64,000 bases of DNA, from NCBI GenBank assembly GCA_965112635.1, contig OZ218778.1, positions 192,001 through 256,000 of the forward strand, given 5' to 3'. A program made the position numbers and the translations under genes. Positions 29,401-39,560 of this stretch are shown here, one piece after another; position 1 is the first letter of the stretch; every line of letters begins with the position of its first letter. The notes beneath the pieces were generated by a model. That model did no database searches and had not been told where the DNA came from. It saw only the letters and a program-made list of their open reading frames with translations. This DNA is from an uncultured bacterium (GTDB lineage Bacteria; Oederibacteriota; Oederibacteriia; Oederibacteriales; Oederibacteriaceae).

Positions 29401-30776
29401 CCAGTACAAGCACAGCGACGGCGACACCTACCGCAACCGTTACGGTCAGTCCTACGTTGACCTCCACAAACACAACCAGTGCTACGGCCACCATCACCCT
29501 AACCAGTACGGCCACAGAGACTGCAACCCCTACGGCCACGGCGACGACTTTGTACTCCTCGACCAGTACGAATACAACTACTGAAACGGCAACGCCTACT
29601 GGCACATCGACACCTTTACCCACCTCGACCACTACAAACACCACCACCGAGACAGCGACGGCTACGACTACATCCACCATCACCCTAACTCAAACCAACA
29701 CCGTAACATTTTCTGTGACCTTAACCTCCTCTCTGACCTGGACCTCTTCCCAGACCTGGACTCCCTCCAAGACTCCCACGCAGACCTGCACGGCTACCGT
29801 GACCGCTACCAACACTCCAGTCATGACCAACCTGGAATTAAAGGTCTACAACGAGGCGGGAGAGGTGGTCAGGACCCTTCCCAACCTGCTGGTCTTGGGA
29901 GGCTTCAGCGGTATCCAGCTCACTCCGGGAAGCGGCTCCCCTGCTTTTGACCCCAGCACCGGTATTTTTGACATAGAGGTCCTCAGCAGCGGCATCGTGT
30001 ATCACATCCCCTGGGACGGCAAGAGCGATCTGGGCTATCTTGTGGACAGCGGGCAATACATTCTCAAGGCTGATATCCCAGGCCAGCCAGGCAATACGGT
30101 CACCATGGGCTTGACCGTGCTCAAGGCAGGAGACTATTTGACCGTCAGCGTCTATACCCCCAGCGGTGAACTGGTCAAACAGCTGTACAGCAGCTACCTG
30201 GTGCAAGGGCAATTGGGAGGCATGGATTTGACCAGTAAATTACTGCAGATAAGTAATCAGACCATAGGAACAGTTAAAATTGGGATAGACGTTATATCCT
30301 CTACCGGAACCTTGATAGCGGACAACCTAGGACCTTTGAACCAGGCCCGCCTGGTTTGGGACGGCACCACGGCTTTGGGCAATTATGTACAGAGCGGAGA
30401 GTATTTGATCAAGATAGAGCAGGTCTACAACCATCAGCATGACGTGGTGGTGCAAAGCGTAACCGTGTTAAGCTCCGATTTGAACGGGTTTATGGACGCT
30501 TCGGTCTATCCCAACCCGTACCTCTCCACCCCTGACCACAAGGTATGGTTCAAGGTCACTTTGCAGGACCAATCCAACCTGACCGTGAGAATTTACAATG
30601 TGGTGGGAGAGCTGGTGAACACCCTCAGCTTGCCTGCGGCCGGGCCTGGAGTAGCTTCCGTAGGTTGGGACATGACCTCAGTAGCCAGCGGTCTTTATGT
30701 GGGGATCGTGGAGGCCGACTCCCAGGTCAGCGGACAAACGCAGAAAAAACCTTTGAAAATTAGTGTCATCAAATAA
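26408..30776 (+). CDS. Large secreted Gly-rich adhesin-like protein (two Gly-rich modules, Thr stalk, type-A tail), frameshifted near 27677
   Basis: ORFs 26378..27733 and 27678..30776 join if one base in TTGACCTGTGAAC is removed, giving GLTVNANGG, which matches GLTLHADG/GLTVHADG in the paralogous modules. Confidence 0.78.
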
Positions 30777-30894
30777 GTCAGCTTATATCCATCTCAGAAT
30801 ATCCTTGTTTTTCCTTCCAAAAAATCCATTAAACTCACGATTATTTGAGGTTTACTCTTTATTATTCTCTTAAAGGGGACTATTTCTTGTGACA

Positions 30895-30922
30895 GGAACA
30901 TTTTGTGACTATAATTGTCTAA
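30895..30922 (+). promoter_or_regulatory. ECF (RpoE-like) sigma promoter
   Basis: GGAACA-N16-GTCTAA, 56 nt before the ATG at 30979. Confidence 0.6.
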
Positions 30923-30978
30923 TTAAGTAAGAATTTTGTTAAAAAAATGATAATAATAGGGTTAAAGAGAAATCAAAA

Positions 30979-33138
30979 ATGGCTAGAACACAGGAACAAA
31001 TCGCCTTGGTAAGGAAATATTTTTTTATCCCTCTGTTTCTACTATTATTTTTTCCCCAAATGGCCTCCGGCTATATTGTGACTGCGGACCTAGAATGCTG
31101 CGGAGACGATCATTGCCAATTTTATATTAACGGGACTTTAGGCGGCCAAACCGGCTGGAACTTTGACCAGATGATTAATTATTCCACCGCGGACGGGACC
31201 CTCGACCTGAACGATTTCCTTCCCGGTGTGCAAAACCTCATTGCCTGCGACAATCCGCCCAATACTGGAGGCCCGCAGTGCATCACCTTCCGCCTGACCG
31301 TCCGTTATTCCGACGGTACCACGGATGTCGTTTGGAGCAATCCTGACGCCACCTCGAAGTTCTTTCATGTGCAGTGGCCCCTGCCCGTACCCGTGGGATG
31401 GATGAACCCGGGGTTCAATGATTCGGCCTGGACCACGCCTTTTGACATTACGTACGAGGACTCAGGGTATTATGTGATGCCTGATGCATCCAATGTCCCG
31501 TATGGTTATGTGCCCTGGCTTTCGAATTCGCAACCATTTGCCCCTGATCCTCCGGGCTCCCAGAATTTGTACAGGAATTATTTCAGCTTTCCCGGCTCCG
31601 GCATCAACCTGGCGAAAAGCGCTTCGGTCAGCTCCGTTATGACCGGAGGCCAGGTGGATTATACCCTGGCCATAGGCACTCTTAACGATACGGTCAGCAC
31701 CATCACGGTCTACGATACGGTCCCGGCAGGCACGGTCTATGTCCCCGGTTCTGTGACCGGCGGAGGGACTTATAACCCTGTCACCAATATGCTTTCCTGG
31801 ACCTACAACCTCACCGGACAGGTAACTTTCAATTATTCCAACCAGTATATTAGTTCCGTGATCAGCGCTCCGGGTTGGACCAGTCCGGCCAGCGCGGTAG
31901 GAGTGACCCAGGGCGCTTTTGGAACAATGTTCACGCCCGGGAACACGGGATGGTTCCAGGTGGCGGCTCCCAATGTCGCTAATCAAAACCAATATATTAT
32001 TGCCGGTGTTATTTTCCACAACACGGTGGAAAGCCTCGGGCTCGACGGACTCATTGACCCTCTTTATTTCAACTATTCAGCGGACGGGACCAACAATGGC
32101 TTTCTCACGAACCCTCCCAATATCATGCGGGAGACAACTGAATTAAACTCGCTGGATGGTTATTATGACGCGACCGCGGACCGGCACTGGACCTGGCAGG
32201 ACCTCAATAATCTCCGCGTTGAATATTACAACAGTGTCAGCGGCGTCGCCGACGCCTCATCCCTAGATGGGCTGGATGTTATTGTCAAATACTACCAGTC
32301 TTCCGTGCCTCCGTTCGGCTACAGCGTCGTGGTGACCGCCACGGCCAACTGCCCCGGACCCACCGTGATCGACAATACGGCCGCGCTTCAGGGCTCCGGC
32401 CTAGTGACCACGACTTCCAATGACGTACCGGTGACCCTGTCCTGCTACACCAATACCAGCTCGCCCACTCCTTCGATCACGCTCACCTCGACACCTACCG
32501 CGACCATCACGGTCACCGCCACCAGGTCCTTTACAGCCACGACGACCAATACTCCGACGGTCACCTTTACTTCCAGCCAGTCTTTTACCTCCACTGCGAC
32601 GCCCAGCCAGACCCTAACTTTCACCCAAACCGCCACCTTTACCCAGACCCTGACATCCAGCCAAACCTTCACTCCTTCCTATACCACGACCCCCTCTTAT
32701 ACGGTTACCCCGAGCCAAACCTTGACCTCCAGCCAAACCTTTACCAATACCCTTACTTTCACGCCCACGGCCAGCGCGCCACTCTGGATCGTTTACCATG
32801 CCCCCTATCCCTGCCCGTCCAAGGATTGGGGCGGCATAAAAATTTACGTCAGGATGACGGACTACCCGGACCATATTACTTTCCGGATTTACACGACCTC
32901 CATACGGACGATCTGGACTTCCAAGATTGACATCCCGGCCAACTCTTCCCTGCTGCCGATCGAATATGACAATGGGGTAGCGTTGTATACTTACACGCTG
33001 CCTTACAATCTCAAAGATATGTTCGACCAGTATTTAGCCAACGGCATGTATTACTACACGATCGACGCTACCACCAAGTCCAATACCAACAAAAGCAGGC
33101 TGGCCCATGTGATAGGTAAATTTGCTGTCCTGAGGTGA
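30979..33138 (+). CDS. Secreted protein: lectin-like N-domain, DUF11-type Ig domain, Thr-rich stalk, type-B tail
   Basis: GDDHCQFYING...GWMNPGFNDSAW; INLAKSAS...VDYTL...VYDTVPAGTVY...LSWT; tail PTASAPLWI...LANGMYYY...GKFAVLR. Confidence 0.8.
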   Translation: MARTQEQIALVRKYFFIPLFLLLFFPQMASGYIVTADLECCGDDHCQFYINGTLGGQTGWNFDQMINYSTADGTLDLNDFLPGVQNLIACDNPPNTGGPQCITFRLTVRYSDGTTDVVWSNPDATSKFFHVQWPLPVPVGWMNPGFNDSAWTTPFDITYEDSGYYVMPDASNVPYGYVPWLSNSQPFAPDPPGSQNLYRNYFSFPGSGINLAKSASVSSVMTGGQVDYTLAIGTLNDTVSTITVYDTVPAGTVYVPGSVTGGGTYNPVTNMLSWTYNLTGQVTFNYSNQYISSVISAPGWTSPASAVGVTQGAFGTMFTPGNTGWFQVAAPNVANQNQYIIAGVIFHNTVESLGLDGLIDPLYFNYSADGTNNGFLTNPPNIMRETTELNSLDGYYDATADRHWTWQDLNNLRVEYYNSVSGVADASSLDGLDVIVKYYQSSVPPFGYSVVVTATANCPGPTVIDNTAALQGSGLVTTTSNDVPVTLSCYTNTSSPTPSITLTSTPTATITVTATRSFTATTTNTPTVTFTSSQSFTSTATPSQTLTFTQTATFTQTLTSSQTFTPSYTTTPSYTVTPSQTLTSSQTFTNTLTFTPTASAPLWIVYHAPYPCPSKDWGGIKIYVRMTDYPDHITFRIYTTSIRTIWTSKIDIPANSSLLPIEYDNGVALYTYTLPYNLKDMFDQYLANGMYYYTIDATTKSNTNKSRLAHVIGKFAVLR

Positions 33139-33286
33139 CCCCGTCTTATAAACCAGCCAGCTTTTACCGGCCATAAGACCATATCCCCTTAAAGACAACT
33201 ATTTATGACTATTGCCGAGAAAACCCCCGGCCTCGCCCTCAGGTGCGCATCCATGAGGATGTTAAGCCGGGGAAGTTTATTGTACC

Positions 33287-33314
33287 GGAGCCTTATGCGA
33301 CTATAATTATCTAA
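33287..33314 (+). promoter_or_regulatory. Degenerate copy of the shared promoter
   Basis: GGAGCC-ttatgcgactataatt-ATCTAA. Confidence 0.45.
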
Positions 33315-33342
33315 GATTGCGTGGTGGCTTTAAGGGGAATTT

Positions 33343-36300
33343 ATGAGAACCTTAGGAAATTGTCTAAAGCCCATTCTCTTTCTTTTTGTTTGTCTGGTAT
33401 GCCTTCTACTATCCCAACCGCCCCTGGCCCAGGTCTGCCCTAACTTATTTCGCCTGGCGGGAAAGAGCTCTGAGGTTCCAGGCGGCAATATCAACGGACA
33501 ACCGGTCAATCCGGAAGTAGGGCCCTCGGGCGTGGTCGAAATAGATCCCTTTGGAGGGGTGAGCGGTTCTGTAAATTTTAATCCCTATGAGCCCCTGGCC
33601 GGCCCTACGGACGGAGTATGGTTCGGCCCTGGCGGCCAAACCAATCAATCGGGATGGTGGAGCTGGCAAGGCGCCAATGTAGGGAATATTTTCGATGCCT
33701 GCGGGGGCGATATCACCTTTTACCTTAAATCATCCGAAAGCTGGGCCGCAAGGCATGCGGGCAATCCCACTCAAGAATATATTTTTGACGTGACTGATAA
33801 CGGAAGCAACTCGCTGTTCAATTTTCAGATCGTTGGAACGCTAAATTATTTTTCCTATGCCTTGGGAGGCCCCACTCAAACATATTTTATTCCAGCAGGA
33901 ACAGCGGAGACCTTGTTTGGCAACGGTGTCATCATGAAAGTAGAGATGAGGTGGGACAGCTTTAATAATTATTTGTATCTTAATGACACCTTGGTGCAGA
34001 TCGCTCCCTATAATGCGCCTCCAGCCCCGGCCTGGGGTGCGAGTTCTTTATTTAACATAGGAGCAACAGCAGCCGGGTTCCCCGGATACTGGAGCTGTGT
34101 GGACAGCATAGCTGATTTTCAGGTCAGCCCCTGGAATTTCAACTGCAGCTGCATCCCCACCCCTACCCCGCCGGCCCTGGAAGCAGTCCCCTGTGCTTCC
34201 CCGGGCACCAATCCGGCCACCTTGACCGGGGTCATTAACACCTATTATCCGGGCGTCAATGGGACCGTAACCACCGGCGCCTTGGCTATCCCGGTGGGTG
34301 CGCGTGTAGGAGCCGCTCCTATCGCGGCCGGAGACCTGCTCTTGGTCATCCAGATGCAGGGAGCGGTCATCAACTCCACCAATACGACCAATTACGGGGA
34401 TGGCCAGGGTAATAGCTCGGGTTACACCAACCTGCAGAATGCGGGGGTTTTTGAGTATGTCATAGCCGCGGGGCCGGTGGCCGGAGGCAACGTGCCTCTC
34501 GCTGAACCCTTAATAAATACTTACACCGAGGCGGCCGCCACAGCCGCCCAGGGGCAGGAGACCTATCAGGTGGTGCGGGTGCCCCAGTATTTTAACGCCA
34601 CTTTGACCAGCGGGCTGACCGCTGCTCCCTGGAACGGTTCCTGCGGAGGCATCCTGGCCTTTAATGACGCTGGAACAACGAACCTCAATAATGCCACGGT
34701 AAGCGTTAACGGGCTGGGTTTCCGCGGAGGAGGCAGCAGAAACATGATGGACGGGGTAGGCCTGGAAACAGACGTTGAGGATAATACTCCCAGCGACTGG
34801 GGCGCGCAAAAAGGCGAAGGCATCGCAGGCACCCCCTGGTATGTGTATGACGGCGCAGGAGAGGTCAATACAGGCATAGAAGGATATCCCAATGGCAGTG
34901 CCTCCATGGGTGCTCCGGGTAATGCCGGCGGAGGCGCCACGGACTGTATTTTTGGCGTGGGTAACTACGCCAGTAACGCGGGAGGGGGCGGAGGAGGCAA
35001 TGGCGGCACCGGCGGACATGGCGGCAACGGCCTGAGCAATGCCGACCAAGCAGACGCACCCGTGGGAGGTTTTGGAGGAGCAGGGCTCCCGGCCAATTCC
35101 AACCGCATTTTTTTAGGTGGGGGTGGAGGGGCCGGGTCCATGAATAACAGCCCGCTTCCTGACAGCAGCGGCGGAAGAGGCGGCGGGATGGTCTTTATTA
35201 AGTCCTGCAAAATCTCCGGCACTGGCACCATCACCGCCAATGGCGGAGCTGGAGTAGATAGCGGAACTCAATATCCCAATGATGGAGCAGGAGGTGGTGG
35301 TGCTGGAGGGAGCGTTTTGGCCCTGTCCGGAGCTGGTTTAGGCGGATTGACTGTTCATGCTGACGGCGGCATGGGAGGAACTTGTATCGGGGCAGGCCAG
35401 ACTTGGGAATTAGGTCCTGGAGGAGGCGGGGGAGGGGGCGTGGTGCTTCTTTCCAACGCCCCGGCAGCTGCCTCGGCCAACGGCGGGATGAACGGGCTAA
35501 CTTTTGGCAATGTTCCCTGGGGTTCTACACCGGGAACTGCTGGCAGTCTTTCTACTAATATTCCCTATCCTGACCAGAGCTGCATCTGCGGAGTTTCTCC
35601 GACCTTCACTTTTACAGCGACCTCTACGGCTACCTTTACCAACAGCCCCACACCCACTAGCACCTGCACAGCCACCGCTACTCCCACAGTTTCGCCCACA
35701 GCCACAGAAACCAGCACCTCCACGGCAACACCCACTTTCTCTGATACCGACACACCTTCTAATACGAGCACTATAACTTACACGGCTACTGCAACAGCCA
35801 CGGACACCTGGATGGCCAGCCCGACCTTTTCCGATACCACCACCGCCACAGAGACCTCGTCCCAAACCTACACTCCCACCATATCCAATACCGCCAGTTC
35901 CACAGCAACCATTACTCTGACTACCACCAACACCGTGACCTCTTCTGTGACTTTGACCTCTTCACCGACACTTACCCCTTCCCTGTCCTGGACGCCCTCC
36001 TTGACTCACACCCAGACTAATACTCCTACTGTGACCGCCACCAACACCCCTGTCATGACCAACCTAGAAATGAAGGTCTACAACGAGGCCGGCGAAGTGG
36101 TCAAAACCTTTAGTAATGTCCTTGTCTTGGGTGGGTTTAGCGGCATCCAGCTCGCTCCGGGCAACGGTTCCCTTACCTTTGACCCCAGCACCGGCCTCTT
36201 TGATATCCAAGTCAAGAGCAGCGGCATCGTCTATCACGTTCCCTGGGACGGCAAGAGCGACCTGGGTTACACCGTGGACAGCGGTCAATACATACTTAAG

Positions 36301-37008
36301 GCGGATATCCCGGGTAAGACAGACTCAACTATAACGATGAGCATCACGGTCTTAAAACAGGGAGACCTTTTGACTGTCAGTGTTTACACCCCTAGCGGAG
36401 AACTGGTCAAACAGTTATACCTGAGCTACCTGGTCCAGGGTCAACTGGGAGGCATGAAGTTGACCAGTAATTTACTGCAGATAAGCAATCAACCCACAGG
36501 GACAACCACGATCGGGATAAACATCTTTTCCTCCACAGGTCAGTTAATGGCAGATGGGCTAGGCTCCTTGAACCAAGCCCGCCTGACCTGGGACGGCACC
36601 ACGGCCTTGGGCAATTATGTGCAAAGCGGAGAGTATTTGATCAAAATAGATCAGACCTACAACCACCAGCACGATGTGCTGGTGCAAAGCGTGACCGTGT
36701 TAAGCTCCAATTTAAGCGGGTTTATGGACGCTTCGGTCTACCCCAACCCGTACCTCTCCACCCCAGACCACAAGGTATGGTTTAAGGTCGCTTTGCAGGA
36801 CCAATCCAACCTGACCGTGAGAATTTATGATGTGGTGGGAGAGCTGGTGAACACCCTCAGCTTGCCCGCAGCCGGGCCTGGCATTGCCACCCTGGGTTGG
36901 GATGTCAATAATGCTGCGGCCGGTCTTTATGTGGGAATTGTAGAAGCCGCTTCACAGGTCAGCGGTCAAACACAGAAAAAACCACTCAAAGTTTCTATTA
37001 TTAAATAA
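33343..37008 (+). CDS. Large secreted protein: ConA/LamG-like module, Gly-rich module, Thr stalk, type-A tail
   Basis: Signal peptide. The N-terminal module is homologous to an internal module of 16728, the Gly-rich module to those of 26408, and the tail is near-identical to that of 12124. Confidence 0.82.
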   Translation: MRTLGNCLKPILFLFVCLVCLLLSQPPLAQVCPNLFRLAGKSSEVPGGNINGQPVNPEVGPSGVVEIDPFGGVSGSVNFNPYEPLAGPTDGVWFGPGGQTNQSGWWSWQGANVGNIFDACGGDITFYLKSSESWAARHAGNPTQEYIFDVTDNGSNSLFNFQIVGTLNYFSYALGGPTQTYFIPAGTAETLFGNGVIMKVEMRWDSFNNYLYLNDTLVQIAPYNAPPAPAWGASSLFNIGATAAGFPGYWSCVDSIADFQVSPWNFNCSCIPTPTPPALEAVPCASPGTNPATLTGVINTYYPGVNGTVTTGALAIPVGARVGAAPIAAGDLLLVIQMQGAVINSTNTTNYGDGQGNSSGYTNLQNAGVFEYVIAAGPVAGGNVPLAEPLINTYTEAAATAAQGQETYQVVRVPQYFNATLTSGLTAAPWNGSCGGILAFNDAGTTNLNNATVSVNGLGFRGGGSRNMMDGVGLETDVEDNTPSDWGAQKGEGIAGTPWYVYDGAGEVNTGIEGYPNGSASMGAPGNAGGGATDCIFGVGNYASNAGGGGGGNGGTGGHGGNGLSNADQADAPVGGFGGAGLPANSNRIFLGGGGGAGSMNNSPLPDSSGGRGGGMVFIKSCKISGTGTITANGGAGVDSGTQYPNDGAGGGGAGGSVLALSGAGLGGLTVHADGGMGGTCIGAGQTWELGPGGGGGGGVVLLSNAPAAASANGGMNGLTFGNVPWGSTPGTAGSLSTNIPYPDQSCICGVSPTFTFTATSTATFTNSPTPTSTCTATATPTVSPTATETSTSTATPTFSDTDTPSNTSTITYTATATATDTWMASPTFSDTTTATETSSQTYTPTISNTASSTATITLTTTNTVTSSVTLTSSPTLTPSLSWTPSLTHTQTNTPTVTATNTPVMTNLEMKVYNEAGEVVKTFSNVLVLGGFSGIQLAPGNGSLTFDPSTGLFDIQVKSSGIVYHVPWDGKSDLGYTVDSGQYILKADIPGKTDSTITMSITVLKQGDLLTVSVYTPSGELVKQLYLSYLVQGQLGGMKLTSNLLQISNQPTGTTTIGINIFSSTGQLMADGLGSLNQARLTWDGTTALGNYVQSGEYLIKIDQTYNHQHDVLVQSVTVLSSNLSGFMDASVYPNPYLSTPDHKVWFKVALQDQSNLTVRIYDVVGELVNTLSLPAAGPGIATLGWDVNNAAAGLYVGIVEAASQVSGQTQKKPLKVSIIK
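36452..36983 (+). repeat. ~530-bp near-perfect direct repeat (partner 15050-15581)
   Basis: Constant offset of 21402 bp from the first copy. Confidence 0.9.
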
Positions 37009-37060
37009 AAAGGATCATCGTCGGGCTTTCCTAAAAAAGAGAACCGCTACACCTCTTTTC

Positions 37061-38101
37061 TCATTCCTTACGGGTCCCGTTTAAATACCTTTCAAAAAAA
37101 TCAAAGGCTTTGGCCCCGGAAAACCCATGGATCCCCGGTGAAATATCGAACCATAGGTCCTTCTGGCTACCCGCGGCGCGGTAGCCTCTTTTGACGATCT
37201 CATGGGCTTTGCGGGCGGAATCCAGGAAAAAGCAAGCGTCGTTGATGCGGCTCTCTACGAGCAAAGGTTTGGGCGCGATGGCAGCCATGACGTCACCGAT
37301 GTCAGCGTAGCGGTACAAGAAAGGAACGAGCTGGGAGCCGCAGACTTGGAATTGGTTGATGGCGTAATGCTCGGTCGTGGTGGCGTAGCAGACAATATCC
37401 CCTGCCTTTATCCGGGGGTCCAGCAGGGTGAGGTAGGTGGTCATGGTCCCGCCGAACGAAAGCCCCATGCAGCCGATCCTGTCCCTGTCCACCTCTTTCC
37501 TGGTCAGCAGGAAATCAATGGCCCGCATGGCGTCGAACAGATCGGACCCCAAAAGCGTTCTCCCCAGAAGAAGATGGCGCAGAAAATGTTGTCCGCACAT
37601 GTCCTGGCCGCTGTATCCTATCCTTTCCCCGAAAGAGCGCCAGTCCGGCACAATGGTGATAAACCCATGTTCCGCCATCTGCTCGCCGTAATTTGAATTG
37701 TAATCGTGGATATCAGCCGCCCTCTCCGGCTGGCCCAAAGTGGCTCCGGCGACGCTGTCCTTGCCGAATGGGCCGTGGCCATGGCAGCAAAGCACGGCGG
37801 CCGTCTTGCCGGTAAGCCCCCGTGGGACCAAAAGATAAAGGGGCATAAAGCAGTCTTTTTCCGTCTGGATAATCCATTTTTCCCTGATAAACTTTGCGGT
37901 TTCTTCCCTGCCCTGCAGGTCTGGTTTTAAGGGGGCAGGCTTGGGCAAAGGACCTAAAAGTTCCCTGACCTTGGCTTTTAACGCCTTTTGCCAGCCAAGG
38001 AATTCTCTTTTGTTTTTCGCCCGGCAGGCTAAAGACGGCCTGATGCTTTTATATAGCTTTTTGATAAAAGTATCGGTATAAAACCCCAGGTCTTCGAACA
38101 T
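37061..38101 (-). CDS. Alpha/beta hydrolase (dienelactone hydrolase / carbohydrate esterase-like)
   Basis: CCHGHG, VDRDRIGCMGLSFGG, IAPKPLL, ND and GIH triad residues. Confidence 0.85.
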   Translation of the reverse strand: MFEDLGFYTDTFIKKLYKSIRPSLACRAKNKREFLGWQKALKAKVRELLGPLPKPAPLKPDLQGREETAKFIREKWIIQTEKDCFMPLYLLVPRGLTGKTAAVLCCHGHGPFGKDSVAGATLGQPERAADIHDYNSNYGEQMAEHGFITIVPDWRSFGERIGYSGQDMCGQHFLRHLLLGRTLLGSDLFDAMRAIDFLLTRKEVDRDRIGCMGLSFGGTMTTYLTLLDPRIKAGDIVCYATTTEHYAINQFQVCGSQLVPFLYRYADIGDVMAAIAPKPLLVESRINDACFFLDSARKAHEIVKRGYRAAGSQKDLWFDISPGIHGFSGAKAFDFFERYLNGTRKE

Positions 38102-38155
38102 TTGATCCTCCTCTGCCCCATTAGAGTGTCGGGGACTCTTATCTTCCTCGTCTTA

Positions 38156-39532
38156 TCAAAAAAATCCTTTGTGCACCCATTTCCTGTGCACGGCCAGAAG
38201 GCGTCCTACCATTTCTTTGATCTTTGCCTTTTTCATATTCTGCAGCAGGGGGTCGCACTCCAGCGTGGAGATAAGAAGTTTGCGGTCTCCGGTCACGGCA
38301 GACTCAACAATGCCCTCGATGTTGTGCGCGTGGAGCAGGAGGTGTTTGTAGGGCTTTTCCGGCAGAGGCTTGACCGGGTCCGGATGGGCGCCGGCTCCGT
38401 CATAGGTGGTCATCCTTTCCAGGACAGCTCCGTTCACCATGCCCGGCAGGCTGGTGCCGTAGTAGGGAAGGTTGCCGATGTCATAGAATTTCTCGTTCAG
38501 CACAATAGCCCGGATGATCCTGGACGAGGCCTCCTGCGAGACTGAATATTTGATCTTGGCCTCGCCCCTGATGAGCTGGTACACCCACTCCCTCAGCTGG
38601 CCCCGGTGTTCCAGATACCTGTCCTGGATAGAGGTCAGGAGCACGCCGTAATCCGCGCCTTTATTGGTGCCCCAATTGACGAACTCCTTGAAAAATTCCG
38701 AGGTGTGCCTGTCTCCGCTGTAGGGGAACACGCCGTAGCGCAGGAACAGGTCTATCTTGACGTTCTGTCGCCGCAGTTCCGGATGGGCCGAGTCATACAG
38801 CCGTTTGACCTCTTTGGTGATGCCGTTCTTTTTGAGGAAGGCCCGCAGCATGGCGAACCCGTCCTTGCCGTCGATCTTGAGGGACTGCATCCAGCCGCAA
38901 TGGTTGATGCCCAAGGCTTCTATTTCTAAATGCCTTTTCCAGGTGCTGTTGGAAAAACCCAGCCACTGGGATAGGGTCCCAATGCCCCCGTAGATCTCAT
39001 GGCACAAGCCGATCACCTTGACCGGCGTTTCCTTGGTCACGGCCCGGCATAACATGGACATCGGGTTGGTCAGGTTGATCATCCAAGCACCCGGTTTGGC
39101 CACTTCCTGCATGTCTTTGGCCATCGACAGCAGGGCCGGGATGTTGCGGCAGGCCCGGATGGCGCCCCCGACACTAATGGAATCCCCGACCGGCTGGAAA
39201 ATCCCGTATTCATAAGGTATTTCCAGGTCAAATTTCATGGCGTCCAGCTGTCCCTGGGCAATGCTGGGGATGACAAAATCTGCGTCGCTGATGGCTCGGC
39301 GCTGGTCAAGGGTTTTCCAGACCTTGATCTTGCTCTTCATTCTCTTGAGTATCTTCCTGGCCAAAACCTCCTGGACCGCCAGGTTGACAGGGTCCACATC
39401 CTCCAAAACGTACTCGATGTCATAGTCAGCGAACTTCTCGTGGGATAAGGTGACGATGATGTCCCTGTTCAGGGTCCATCCCCACATGGGGCTCGCGGCC
39501 CCGACCAGTGTGACTTTTAATTTCTTGGCCAT
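38156..39532 (-). CDS. Family 4 glycoside hydrolase (NAD+-dependent, alpha-galactosidase-like)
   Basis: LVGAAS, DADFV, GIFQPVGDS, INLTNPM, IGLCHE, GINH, DRHTSEF. Confidence 0.88.
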   Translation of the reverse strand: MAKKLKVTLVGAASPMWGWTLNRDIIVTLSHEKFADYDIEYVLEDVDPVNLAVQEVLARKILKRMKSKIKVWKTLDQRRAISDADFVIPSIAQGQLDAMKFDLEIPYEYGIFQPVGDSISVGGAIRACRNIPALLSMAKDMQEVAKPGAWMINLTNPMSMLCRAVTKETPVKVIGLCHEIYGGIGTLSQWLGFSNSTWKRHLEIEALGINHCGWMQSLKIDGKDGFAMLRAFLKKNGITKEVKRLYDSAHPELRRQNVKIDLFLRYGVFPYSGDRHTSEFFKEFVNWGTNKGADYGVLLTSIQDRYLEHRGQLREWVYQLIRGEAKIKYSVSQEASSRIIRAIVLNEKFYDIGNLPYYGTSLPGMVNGAVLERMTTYDGAGAHPDPVKPLPEKPYKHLLLHAHNIEGIVESAVTGDRKLLISTLECDPLLQNMKKAKIKEMVGRLLAVHRKWVHKGFF

Positions 39533-39560
39533 TCGTTCCTCCTAAAATGGATTATGATTA

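Noticed and set aside
15050-36983. Diversity-generating retroelement TR/VR pair
   Set aside because: Both repeats are coding, the differences are not adenine-specific, and there is no reverse transcriptase in the window.
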